A DNA stretch of 64,000 nucleotides, taken from positions 56,990 to 120,989 of the IMG/VR virus record IMGVR_UViG_3300009095_001812; one strand, written 5' to 3'. The stretch comes from a virus (taxonomy: Duplodnaviria > Heunggongvirae > Uroviricota > Caudoviricetes). Shown here piece by piece: positions 1-9,631 of the stretch. Position numbers and translations under genes: made by a program. Below the pieces are notes generated by a model, which saw only the letters and a list, made by a program, of their open reading frames with translations, did not search any database and was not told the origin of the DNA. Positions within the stretch are counted from its first letter, which is position 1. Every line of letters starts with the position of its first letter.

Positions 1-4
1 TCGA

Positions 5-505
5 ATGAAGAAATACAGACAAGATAATAAAAAACTGTTACGTAAAAAAGAGAAAGAGTGGAGATTGAAAAATCCTGAAAAAGCTAAGGTTATAACAAGA
101 CGTAAAAATCAAAAAAGAATGAAAAACCCAATGGTTCGTATTAGAATAAATATGAGTCGTGGTATATCTTTAGCTCTCAATAGAGTTGGTTCATCAAAAG
201 CTGGTGACTCAGTAATGAATCATTTTGAATTCACAATTGATGAATTAAAACATCATTTAAAGTCACAGTTTGAATCGTGGATGAATTGGGAAAATTATGG
301 TTCATATACAAACAAATGGGTCGATGATGATAAATCTACATGGAAATGGCAGATAGATCATATTATACCACATTCAGAATTTAAGTATGACTCTATGGAT
401 CATCCAAATTTTAAAGAGTGTTGGAAACTTAGTAATCTAAGACCATTATCAGCAAAGAAAAATTGTTTGGATGGATGTAATAGAACAAGACATAGGAAAA
501 TATGA
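5..505 (+). CDS. HNH endonuclease (homing-endonuclease-like; may extend upstream of window)
   Basis: IDHIIP...CWKLSNLRPLSAKKN HNH motif; basic N-terminus; AT-rich; ATGA overlap with the next gene. Confidence 0.8.
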   Translation: MKKYRQDNKKLLRKKEKEWRLKNPEKAKVITRRKNQKRMKNPMVRIRINMSRGISLALNRVGSSKAGDSVMNHFEFTIDELKHHLKSQFESWMNWENYGSYTNKWVDDDKSTWKWQIDHIIPHSEFKYDSMDHPNFKECWKLSNLRPLSAKKNCLDGCNRTRHRKI

Positions 506-1653
506 GAATTAAGATACAGCAATTTTTATTCGGAGCCAATCATAGTTGGTCGCTGGTCGGTCAAAATATAGGTAGGGCACTACTTAAACTTGGTCATGAT
601 GTTGATTTTGTATCAACAGATGGTTTTGTAGATAAGTATTGCCCTAATGATATTAGACAACATGCAAAGTTAGTTGGGGTTCCGCAGAACCAAATATTAA
701 ATGAAGTTAAAAAACTTGGTATTTATGATTGTCAAATATCATATACAGCACCTCATAATTGGCCAGCTTATTTGATGAATGGAACTCATAATAGATTTGG
801 TATTTGGAACTACGAATATAACAATAAAAAAGATGCAAAAGATTCTTTGTTACAGGGATTTGCAAAATTCTATAGAGCAACAGATCTGGTTTTACCTTCA
901 TCTAATTTCACAAAAGAAGTTTTCTTATCAATGGGAATTCCAGAGGAAAAGATGAAGGTGATTCCTCATGGAATTAATCTAGAAGATTTTAAAAACATTG
1001 AAAAATACAAACTCAAGACTACAAAGTCTACTAAGATTCTTCTAAATATAGCTCAACCACATAGAAGGAAAGCTTTGCATTTAGCGCTGCAATCCTTTGG
1101 TCAAGCATTTACTAAAGATGATGATGTTGTATTGGTTGCAAAAGTATTTAAACAGAACAAGGGTCAAAACTTGTTTGATGTTGACTTCAATGACATATAT
1201 AAAACATTCGAAAAGAAGTTTCCCAAGCATGCTGAGGTTGAATTCATCTACGAATTCATTCCTAACATAGCTGATTTGTACCACTCATGTGATGTGAACT
1301 TCTCCGCGACGTATGCGGAATGCTGGCATCTTCCTTCTTTGGAAGCGTTGGCTGCCGGAATTGTGAATGTCGTACCCAGATATGGTGGGCAACTGGATTT
1401 CTGTACAGACTCTAATTCTTTACTAATTGATGGAAAACTTGTACGCGCTCCTAGAGATCACCAGTACTGGAAATTTAATCCATACGCAGTCCATTTTGAG
1501 ATTGATACCCATGACGCGGCCAAAAAGCTTCGTAAAGCTGTATTTGATAACACAAAACTGAAGGATGAGTTTCAATCTAGTATGACTGATACTGCTAATA
1601 AGTTCACCTGGGAATCGGCAGCGGAGCAAATTTTGTCGCTCTGTGTGAAGTGA
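502..1653 (+). CDS. Glycosyltransferase, GT4/GT-B family
   Basis: VIPHGI motif and C-terminal SATYAECWHLPSLEALAAG (ExF..EA-like) GT4 signature. Confidence 0.85.
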   Translation: MRIKIQQFLFGANHSWSLVGQNIGRALLKLGHDVDFVSTDGFVDKYCPNDIRQHAKLVGVPQNQILNEVKKLGIYDCQISYTAPHNWPAYLMNGTHNRFGIWNYEYNNKKDAKDSLLQGFAKFYRATDLVLPSSNFTKEVFLSMGIPEEKMKVIPHGINLEDFKNIEKYKLKTTKSTKILLNIAQPHRRKALHLALQSFGQAFTKDDDVVLVAKVFKQNKGQNLFDVDFNDIYKTFEKKFPKHAEVEFIYEFIPNIADLYHSCDVNFSATYAECWHLPSLEALAAGIVNVVPRYGGQLDFCTDSNSLLIDGKLVRAPRDHQYWKFNPYAVHFEIDTHDAAKKLRKAVFDNTKLKDEFQSSMTDTANKFTWESAAEQILSLCVK

Positions 1654-1693
1654 ATAGATTTGTTAATCGATAAATAACCATGCCAATACGGTA

Positions 1694-1732
1694 ATGAAGC
1701 TGTCATATTTAAGTATAAAAAGATATATATGA
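1694..1732 (+). pseudogene. Possible orphan N-terminal stump (MKLS-YLSIKRYI*) of a GT2 gene
   Basis: aag ctg tca (KLS) matches synonymous aaa ctt tca (KLS) at the start of the downstream GT2; ATGA overlap at 1729-1732. Only 3-4 residues match. Confidence 0.35.
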
Positions 1733-2406
1733 ATTATAAACTTTCAATAGTAATACCTGTATATAATAATTTTAAGTTCACAAATTCAGTTTTGAAATGG
1801 TTTAAAAATAGAAACGATTTTGAAATTATAATTGTAAATAACGCATCAACAGATAATACAAAAACAGAGTTAGAAAATATGAAGTTATCTATGGATAATT
1901 TGATATCAATCCATAATGAAATTAATATTGGTTTTGGAGGGGCCGTAAACCTGGGTATAAGTAAGGCTAAATCAGATTATGTTTTGATATTAAATAATGA
2001 TATTATGATTGCTACATCTAGTGATAGTTGGCTGTTAAGTCTTATAAGTAATGATGCTTTAGTTGGTCCTACAGGTGGTTTTTTAGATAACAATTTGAAT
2101 TTTAAATATGAAACAGAAAATCCTAATGATAAAATTAATTATATGTCAGGGTGGTGTCTTTGTGCTCATAAAATGATTTGGAACAAATTAATATTACCAG
2201 AGTGTTCTGGTCCATTTGATAATAAAACTTATTTTTGTTATTTTGAAGATACAGATTTATCATTTAGAGCAGCAAAGCTTGGTATACCATTTAAAATGGT
2301 AAAAATACCAGTTTTTCATATTGGAAAACAAACATCCAAAAAATTAAATACAACACAGTTATTTACTGAATCTAAAAAAAAGTTTATAAAGAAATGGAAG
2401 AAATAA
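1729..2406 (+). CDS. Glycosyltransferase, GT2 family
   Basis: KLSIVIPVYN, IIVNNASTD, LILNND and FEDTDLSFR motifs. Confidence 0.9.
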   Translation: MNYKLSIVIPVYNNFKFTNSVLKWFKNRNDFEIIIVNNASTDNTKTELENMKLSMDNLISIHNEINIGFGGAVNLGISKAKSDYVLILNNDIMIATSSDSWLLSLISNDALVGPTGGFLDNNLNFKYETENPNDKINYMSGWCLCAHKMIWNKLILPECSGPFDNKTYFCYFEDTDLSFRAAKLGIPFKMVKIPVFHIGKQTSKKLNTTQLFTESKKKFIKKWKK

Positions 2407-3443
2407 TACGTAAAATAGATAATTTTTTGAAAATTAATGATGGAAAATTAATTTCTAAAATATCTGAATATAAAAATGCTAAAACCAAATTAAAATGGAT
2501 GTGTAAGTTTCATCATGAATTTGAATCTTCATGGAATAAAGTGCAACAGGGCAGATGGTGTCCTTATTGCGCAGGTAAATATTTAAGCATATTAGATGCA
2601 AAAAACATAGCACAAAGTAGGGGAGGGTATTGTTTATCAGATACATATATAAAATGTATTGATAAATTATTATGGGAATGTGAAATGGGGCATCAATGGA
2701 AGGCTTCTTTGAATAGTGTAAAAAATTCAAAAACATGGTGTCCATATTGTTCTACAAGCATTGGAGAGAGTGTTTGTAGATTATTTTTAGAAAAACTTTT
2801 TAATGAAAAGTTTCCAAAAATACGCCCACCATGGTTAAAAACAAAAAATTCTTCATTAGAGTTAGATGGTTACAGTGAAAAACTTGGTATAGCTTTTGAG
2901 TATCAAGGAGCACATCACTTTGAAAAATCATATAAAAAACAAAATTTAGAAAAAGTAAAAAAACATGATTGGTACAAAAAAAGTATATGTCAGAAAATGG
3001 GAATAAAATTATTAATAATAAATGATTGTGAAAATAATAAGGTTGAAAATATTAGATCGCAAATAATTAATAATATTGATGTTAAATATATTGATACTTT
3101 AAAAAAAATTAATATTTCTGATATTGATTTATATAAGAGAAATTATATGGAAAATTTACATTTATTAGCTAATAATAATGATGGTGAATGTTTATCTGAT
3201 AAGTTTATTGGTTCTAAAGAAAAATATAGGTGGAAATGTAAAAATAATCATATATGGGAATCAAGTTTATATTCAGTAAAAACAGGTTCGTGGTGTAAAA
3301 AGTGTAAAAATATAAATTTAATGGATAATTTAGATATAGCCAGAGAAATCGGTATTATACGAGATGTAGAAACTGATGTTTATAAAAAAAAGATATTACA
3401 AAAAGCAATTAAATATCTAAGTGTATCTAAAACAAGGAAGTAA
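2394..3443 (+). CDS. Zinc-ribbon-repeat PD-(D/E)XK endonuclease (homing-endonuclease-like)
   Basis: Three W.C..[GH]H.W.(A)S...V..G.WCP.C repeats plus LELDGYSEKLGIAFEYQGAHH nuclease motif; very AT-rich. Confidence 0.75.
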   Translation: MEEIIRKIDNFLKINDGKLISKISEYKNAKTKLKWMCKFHHEFESSWNKVQQGRWCPYCAGKYLSILDAKNIAQSRGGYCLSDTYIKCIDKLLWECEMGHQWKASLNSVKNSKTWCPYCSTSIGESVCRLFLEKLFNEKFPKIRPPWLKTKNSSLELDGYSEKLGIAFEYQGAHHFEKSYKKQNLEKVKKHDWYKKSICQKMGIKLLIINDCENNKVENIRSQIINNIDVKYIDTLKKINISDIDLYKRNYMENLHLLANNNDGECLSDKFIGSKEKYRWKCKNNHIWESSLYSVKTGSWCKKCKNINLMDNLDIAREIGIIRDVETDVYKKKILQKAIKYLSVSKTRK

Positions 3444-3447
3444 ATTA

Positions 3448-4248
3448 ATGAAAATATATACAATGTGTTTAAATTGGAACGGATCTGATTTGTTACAACA
3501 AATGCTTCCTGGTTTATTTAAAAATTTAAATAATACAGGTTTAGATTATCATGTTGTTATTAGAGATAATGGATCAAAAGATAATTCATTGGATATTTTA
3601 AAACAATTTGATATTGAAATTCTCCAAATTAATCATAATAGAGACTCTTTTTCCAAGGGTATGAATTCGATATTTAATATTGCAAATGTATCAGATAATG
3701 ATGTAATTTTATTAATTAATAATGACATCATTTTTAATGATGAAATATCATTATCATATATGATTGAAACAAAACAAAAATCTAATGCTTCGATTTGTGG
3801 TGCAAGACTTATGTATGAAGATGGGACCATAAGTCATAATGGAGTTATATTTTCAGAAAAACATAACAATATGCCATGGCACTTTAGAGATCGTTGTAAG
3901 GTTGAAGATAAAGATAAAAAAGACAGGTATTTTCAGGCAGTAACAGCTGCTTGTATGTTAATTGATGTGAAATCTTTTAAAGAAAGTTGCGGTTTTGATG
4001 AATCTTTTATATGGGCTTTCGAAGATGTAGACTTAAATTTACAAGTTGGAATTAACCAAAGAAAAAAAATTGTATGTTGTGGTAAAACAGAAATAACACA
4101 TATAACATCAAAAACTTTACAAAGAAACCCTGTAAATAAAATGTTTTTGCATAAGAATGTTGCTCGTTTTAGGGAGAAATGGTCTGGTAAGTACAAAATT
4201 GACCACGAGTTGTACCTAGGTAATCCTTTACACAATGAAATCAAGTAA
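3448..4248 (+). CDS. Glycosyltransferase, GT2 family
   Basis: LNWNG, DNGSKD, LLINNDI, AVTAACM and FEDVDLNL motifs; start moved to ATG 3448. Confidence 0.9.
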   Translation: MKIYTMCLNWNGSDLLQQMLPGLFKNLNNTGLDYHVVIRDNGSKDNSLDILKQFDIEILQINHNRDSFSKGMNSIFNIANVSDNDVILLINNDIIFNDEISLSYMIETKQKSNASICGARLMYEDGTISHNGVIFSEKHNNMPWHFRDRCKVEDKDKKDRYFQAVTAACMLIDVKSFKESCGFDESFIWAFEDVDLNLQVGINQRKKIVCCGKTEITHITSKTLQRNPVNKMFLHKNVARFREKWSGKYKIDHELYLGNPLHNEIK

Positions 4249-5206
4249 AGAAAACAAGTACAAATCTAAGTTCTTTCCGTTTTCCGCAGGTATTCCTTGG
4301 AAAATAGAGCGAGGTAAGTACATCATCCCTAGTATAGACAGGGAAACGTGGCATAAAGTGCTTGATGATAAATGTATTATTATTACAGCTTTCGGTTCTT
4401 ATCTTGAATCATACTTTTCTTTGTCTGTTGCAGAGATGTTTGCAACCACAGATTCAAAGCGAAAGGTGTATTGGTTAGGTAATCCTGAGTTTGAAACACT
4501 AGTAAAACTACAAGGATTATGTAAACCATGTAAGATCAATCTTACAAAAAGTGATCTTGAGCATTATCCAACTCCAATCTTCTTTGATAAAAATGAAAAT
4601 GCATACTTCAATGTTTTGAATAACTACTTAATCAAGACATCGTATTGGGGTTTGCATCCAGAAACTGTAAATGATCCTGTTCTTAAACAAATATTTGCTA
4701 ATGTTATGGTTCCTTGGAACGGTTATTTCCCAAAAATGAGGAATCTTGGCAGCGAATTCTTTGAAGAACTCATTCGAACAGGCAGAATAAGAGATCGTTC
4801 GCGCATTATAACTCTTATTTTAAATGATAAAATAGAAGATATACTGAAATGGAATCTTCATAACATCAAAGAGTTTGCTCAGTTGATTGCAAACAAGGGT
4901 ATTCGGGTTGTTGTATTCAGCAAACACTCTAATTTGTTCCATGGAACCAAGATTATAGCTTTTGATTTTAATATCAGAAATATATTACAACTGATAAATA
5001 GGTCTTGGATGGTACTTTCTAATGATATCAATTTATTATTGATATCTATGATGTCTTCTGATTGTAAAATAATGGGTCCATCTATAGATGGACCCATGAA
5101 CTTATTAAAAAATGCCGAGTTCCTTGAAGTTCAGAACGATATATTTAGTTCTCGGAACTGGATTTCACCAATAGAAGCATATACAATTTGCGAGGGTCTT
5201 TTATGA
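4235..5206 (+). CDS. Divergent GT9 (heptosyltransferase-like) GT-B fold protein
   Basis: C-terminal LQLINRSWMVLSND resembles the GT9 segment; canonical motifs are degenerate. Confidence 0.45.
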   Translation: MKSSKENKYKSKFFPFSAGIPWKIERGKYIIPSIDRETWHKVLDDKCIIITAFGSYLESYFSLSVAEMFATTDSKRKVYWLGNPEFETLVKLQGLCKPCKINLTKSDLEHYPTPIFFDKNENAYFNVLNNYLIKTSYWGLHPETVNDPVLKQIFANVMVPWNGYFPKMRNLGSEFFEELIRTGRIRDRSRIITLILNDKIEDILKWNLHNIKEFAQLIANKGIRVVVFSKHSNLFHGTKIIAFDFNIRNILQLINRSWMVLSNDINLLLISMMSSDCKIMGPSIDGPMNLLKNAEFLEVQNDIFSSRNWISPIEAYTICEGLL

Positions 5207-5940
5207 TAGATACAACACTGATGATGGTCACTTACAATAGGCTTGATTTGACCAAAGAAACACTAGACTCTTTGTGGAATACAACAAAAGATCCGTTTCA
5301 ACTAGTGGTAGTAGATAATGGATCTTCTGATGGTACTATAGAATACCTAAAAAGTATTGAAAAGAAGGCCCCTATGAAGATTCATATAGTACCCCTAGAT
5401 GAGAATAAGGGAATCGCTGTAGGGCGTAACTTAGCTTTGCAAAAAGCCAATCAAATAGGTACAAAATGGTACTGTACAATAGACAATGATGTCCAGATGC
5501 CTGAGGGGTGGTTGGGGGAGTGTGTAGATATATTAACCACCAATAAAGGGTATGGTGCTATTGGTGTCAATATGGAGATTCGTCCGTACCCTATCGTAAA
5601 TAAGGGCGGGTTCAGATTTCAAGACAAGCCACAAGGAAATCTTGGGACGGCTTGTATGGTTTTTAGAAAACAACTTCACCAAATGATTGGGTATTTCACC
5701 ACAGAGTACGGCAAGTACGGCGAGGAGGATGCTGACTTTGGTATGCGAGCAAGGGTTGCAGGATTCAAACTAGGATACATCGAGAGAATGGGAAATCATC
5801 TTGGCGCTGATGAAGAAGATAAAAACGAATATAGAGAATTTAAAACCAAACAACATGCTGACAATCTAGCATTATTCCAGAAGAATTGTGCATTGTATGC
5901 CCAGCGTAAAAAGGCTTTGTACATTCCGTTTAAGATGTAA
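5203..5940 (+). CDS. Glycosyltransferase, GT2 family
   Basis: TYNRLDLT, VVDNGSSDGT, TIDND and YGEEDADFGMR motifs. Confidence 0.9.
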   Translation: MIDTTLMMVTYNRLDLTKETLDSLWNTTKDPFQLVVVDNGSSDGTIEYLKSIEKKAPMKIHIVPLDENKGIAVGRNLALQKANQIGTKWYCTIDNDVQMPEGWLGECVDILTTNKGYGAIGVNMEIRPYPIVNKGGFRFQDKPQGNLGTACMVFRKQLHQMIGYFTTEYGKYGEEDADFGMRARVAGFKLGYIERMGNHLGADEEDKNEYREFKTKQHADNLALFQKNCALYAQRKKALYIPFKM

Positions 5941-5948
5941 AGGAAAGA

Positions 5949-7976
5949 ATGGTAACATCTTTGATAAAGAAAATTATTCCGGAGGAATTTCAACCTTTAT
6001 TACAAACAACCAAGAACGCTTATGTTTCTGGTAACTCTCTGATCATTCAACCCAAACTTGGACAGGTTGTTTTTAATTTCAAAGATGTTCGTTGTGATAC
6101 CTGTGTCGTTCGGTTGAAAAGAGACTCTGGAAATGGAATTTTAATGATCTCAGCCAATGGGATTAGTCGTGGATATCAAATCAACTCCAGAATTTCTCAG
6201 AGTATATCATTTCCCGTTGGTGATGATGGATTAGTTCAGGTACATAGAACCAACCGAAGCAGGGGAGATATCTCTATTTTAGATGTGTCCCTTTATGCCG
6301 AAACTATGGATGCTACAGATTGGAATGTGCAAATTAACAAATGTGATAAGCATCACTGTTTGCGATTGATTGGTGATAATCTCCATGCTTCTGATGGTGC
6401 TTTTATTCAGGGCAATATACTAAGAATCCAAACAGAACCAAACAACATGTTTACAAATAAAGATGGTATTGTTCGGTTCTTGGGATCTTGTAAAATCATT
6501 GACTTGGAGGTTGGTGGCGAAAATATAAGAAGAGATATTGATCCTGTTTTAAACCTACCTGTAGAACCCGAAAGGGTGAGGTCAGATCTTCTTGTAGAAG
6601 ATGTTAGATTAGGTAATAAGGAAGAGCCTGTTGTACCTGCTGGTTTATTTGACACAAACGCAACTGGATTTTCTCCAGTCTATGGAAGTAATGATTCTGT
6701 CGTTAATGTTTCAGGGGTTGTTTTAGATCGTCACGGAAGTTACAATATTCCACTCAAGAATATAAATCATGGTAAGAAGTACAGGGTAGATATAACAGTT
6801 TCCAGAATAGATGGTAATGGAAAGTTTATGTTTAACATACTTCCAAATCCTTCTGGATCTGTTGTTAAAATGGCCTCAAATGAAGATAGGACATTCAGCA
6901 TAGAAACGGCACCATCAGTTTCTTCAAGTTATTCACTGAGTGTTTGGAGACATCCATCATCGAAGGGTCGTATTAGAATTTCTCGCATTGTAGTTTCTGG
7001 GGGGGTGGAATCAGTTCTGGAGCCAGAGATAATTAAACATCGTCAAATACGACCAATTCAAAATCGAGCGCCAGAACCTCCCAAACCGGTAGTAAAACCA
7101 TTACCTCCACCATCTATTATTAATTATAGTGATGATTATGTAATGAGAGATGTCATTCGGTTTGCTGATTATAATTTCAGCAAACCAAGTCATCAAAGCC
7201 GTCCGATTTCTATCTCTACTACCTCGGGAATGCGTTGGCTTTCGAAGATTCAAAGTTCAACGAATAATTTTCACATTGATGATAAATCTGATGTATTAAT
7301 TTGCTCTATTGATAGTATTAAGGAAGCTAAGAAGGTTTTTCTTGATTCTTTTACAGAAGATAAGATTACAGATAAAATTATTGAAAGTCTTAGTAAGACT
7401 GATGTCATTTACACCCCAACAGAACAAGGTGTATCAGCTCTTATGAATAAGCTTGATGGAAAGGATATAAGGTGCCTTGCCAGAGTTTGGCCCTATACTC
7501 AGCCTGTTAGTATACCATTCTTAGAGACTAAAGATTTTATTGTACTTCCTAACAGAAACGATCAGGTAACTAGGCTTGTTATTGATGCGCTTCATGGTTT
7601 GAATATTGTCGTTCTAGGCGCGCGAGGACGATATCCTCAAAATGTCATACCAGTGAATGAATATCTACAATACAATAAACTTCTTTGGTTGATTCAAAAG
7701 GCCAAGACTGTCGTGGACTTTCATAATGTTGAAGATCATAAATCCGGACTACTTGATATCACTATGAATCTCGGAACACCCATAGTTACATCTTCTTGGA
7801 ATTACATGAATTTTGCAAACATTATATTTGTTGATTCATCTCAAGAAGTCGGTGATTATAGAGTTCCGTCACAAGCTGATATCACCGAGGCTGTTTATAA
7901 TGCAAAAGACAAAGGATTAGAAAACATACAAGCACAAAAAGATGCGTTCGAATCATTCATTAAAGAAATGACTTAA
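5949..7976 (+). CDS. Large hypothetical protein: beta-rich N-terminal domains, Pro-rich linker, degenerate GT-B-like C-terminus
   Basis: 675 aa ORF; PEPPKPVVKPLPPP linker; LLWLIQKAKTVVDF...MNLGTPIVTS resembles the GT4 C-terminal segment. Confidence 0.5.
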   Translation: MVTSLIKKIIPEEFQPLLQTTKNAYVSGNSLIIQPKLGQVVFNFKDVRCDTCVVRLKRDSGNGILMISANGISRGYQINSRISQSISFPVGDDGLVQVHRTNRSRGDISILDVSLYAETMDATDWNVQINKCDKHHCLRLIGDNLHASDGAFIQGNILRIQTEPNNMFTNKDGIVRFLGSCKIIDLEVGGENIRRDIDPVLNLPVEPERVRSDLLVEDVRLGNKEEPVVPAGLFDTNATGFSPVYGSNDSVVNVSGVVLDRHGSYNIPLKNINHGKKYRVDITVSRIDGNGKFMFNILPNPSGSVVKMASNEDRTFSIETAPSVSSSYSLSVWRHPSSKGRIRISRIVVSGGVESVLEPEIIKHRQIRPIQNRAPEPPKPVVKPLPPPSIINYSDDYVMRDVIRFADYNFSKPSHQSRPISISTTSGMRWLSKIQSSTNNFHIDDKSDVLICSIDSIKEAKKVFLDSFTEDKITDKIIESLSKTDVIYTPTEQGVSALMNKLDGKDIRCLARVWPYTQPVSIPFLETKDFIVLPNRNDQVTRLVIDALHGLNIVVLGARGRYPQNVIPVNEYLQYNKLLWLIQKAKTVVDFHNVEDHKSGLLDITMNLGTPIVTSSWNYMNFANIIFVDSSQEVGDYRVPSQADITEAVYNAKDKGLENIQAQKDAFESFIKEMT

Positions 7977-8865
7977 TAATATCTCTATAAGCTCTTTTAT
8001 TGGAGATTATATAGTACAAACCATCTTCTCTGTTCATAAATTCATTTGTAGCGTGAATCATGTTTGTATAATCATTTTCTCTAAATGAATTAATCTTGTT
8101 ATGAAGTTCTGAGTATAGAATTTTTGTCTTTTCTTTTGTTTTTTTAACAAAATCCCTCAAGTCTATGTAGCATTCTTTTGGAATATTGAGTTCATCTATG
8201 TTGTAGCATCCTATATACAGAGGTACGCAACCTCCAAACCAAGCGTCTGGCATTTTTTCCGAGAAGTATCCGTGAGAGTAAACTTCATCGTAGCAATTTT
8301 CTGGACAGATACAAAACCTAGCTTTTTGTAAAACTTCTAATTTGTTTTTTGCAGGTCCTTTGTAGTATGGGCGATCAATTGATTCTTGACCGTACCAGGA
8401 CACATCAAATTTTTTAGCGTATAAATAGTCTGCGATCTTTATTCTTACTTCATAAATGTTAGAATAGTGATCTGATGTTTTATTATTGGAAACAACAACA
8501 AAGCCCTGTCGCTCTGACCATTTGGGTCGGACGAGGGTTTCGTACTTAGGTGGGTCCTCCCAGGATGGATGGTTGATAATGTGTAATTTTTGATCTGGAA
8601 TGAAATTCATTCCAGGTTTACACCACGAAAATACCTTGTGGAACTTTTTGATTTCTTCAGAATAGTCGAGAGCTGTTACACATCTTGGCTCTAAACATAA
8701 GATAGAATCTTGGTCAAGAGGCCTTCTATTAGCTAAGTACCCAAGGGCAACATTTATATGTTTCGGGTCTTTTATTTTAGATCTATAAATTATTCCGTTT
8801 TCATCTTCGTAAATTTTCTCAATGCCCTTTTGTGGAAGATAGATAAAGTTGATTTCAATACCCAT
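7960..8865 (-). CDS. GT10-family (alpha-1,3/4-fucosyltransferase-like) glycosyltransferase
   Basis: NKLEVLQKARFCICPENC...GYFSEKMPDAWFGGCVPLYIG matches the GT10 motif. Confidence 0.75.
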   Translation of the reverse strand: MGIEINFIYLPQKGIEKIYEDENGIIYRSKIKDPKHINVALGYLANRRPLDQDSILCLEPRCVTALDYSEEIKKFHKVFSWCKPGMNFIPDQKLHIINHPSWEDPPKYETLVRPKWSERQGFVVVSNNKTSDHYSNIYEVRIKIADYLYAKKFDVSWYGQESIDRPYYKGPAKNKLEVLQKARFCICPENCYDEVYSHGYFSEKMPDAWFGGCVPLYIGCYNIDELNIPKECYIDLRDFVKKTKEKTKILYSELHNKINSFRENDYTNMIHATNEFMNREDGLYYIISNKRAYRDIIKSFL

Positions 8866-8881
8866 GTTATATAGTCCAAGT

Positions 8882-9631
8882 ATGCAAAAACAGTTTGTAA
8901 TAGTTATACCAAGCTACAATAATGCTAAGTGGTTTCGTAAAAATCTTAATTCGGCCCTAGCTCAAGATTATACCAACTATAGGATAATCTATACCGATGA
9001 TAATTCACCAGATGATACAGGTAAATTAGTACAGGAATTCCTTTCTTTGCATAAAAAGAAAGATAACATTATTCATCTTATAAGAAACACAGAAAGAAAG
9101 GGTGCTCTTCATAATCTCTATGATATGATTCACAGCTGTCAAGATGATGAAATTGTAGTAACTCTTGATGGAGATGATTGGTTCTATTCATCTAAAGTTC
9201 TATCCAAACTAAATGAAGTTTATTCTAATTCAGATGTATGGATGACATATGGTCAATATAGATCTTTTCCAGATAATCGTGTAGGTTGTTCTGGTAAAAT
9301 GCCAGACACAGTCATAGCCGAGGCTTCTTATAGAAGGTCGCAGTGGAGATCTTCTCATTTAAGAACGTTCTATTCTTGGCTATTCAAACAAATCAAGAAG
9401 GAAGATTTATTTTATGATGGTGAATTTTTCCCCACCGCTTGGGATTTGCCAATGATGTTTCCAATGCTTGAAATGGCCGGACAAAGACAGAAGTTCATTT
9501 CAGATATTCTGTACATTTATAATTGTGAAAATCCAATCAACGATTCAAAAGTAGATCTTGGAAAACAACAAGCGCTTGAACGAGTAGCTCGAAGCATGCC
9601 AAAGTACCCGTTACTGATTCAGCGTCCGTAG
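8882..9631 (+). CDS. Glycosyltransferase, GT2 family
   Basis: IVIPSYNN, DDNSPDDT and TLDGDDW motifs; start uncertain (8864 or 8882). Confidence 0.9.
   Translation: MQKQFVIVIPSYNNAKWFRKNLNSALAQDYTNYRIIYTDDNSPDDTGKLVQEFLSLHKKKDNIIHLIRNTERKGALHNLYDMIHSCQDDEIVVTLDGDDWFYSSKVLSKLNEVYSNSDVWMTYGQYRSFPDNRVGCSGKMPDTVIAEASYRRSQWRSSHLRTFYSWLFKQIKKEDLFYDGEFFPTAWDLPMMFPMLEMAGQRQKFISDILYIYNCENPINDSKVDLGKQQALERVARSMPKYPLLIQRP

Noticed and set aside
1669-1676. GATAAATA (and AATAAATA near 43200) as T4-like late promoter
   Set aside because: Imperfect match to TATAAATA in AT-rich DNA with only two instances.
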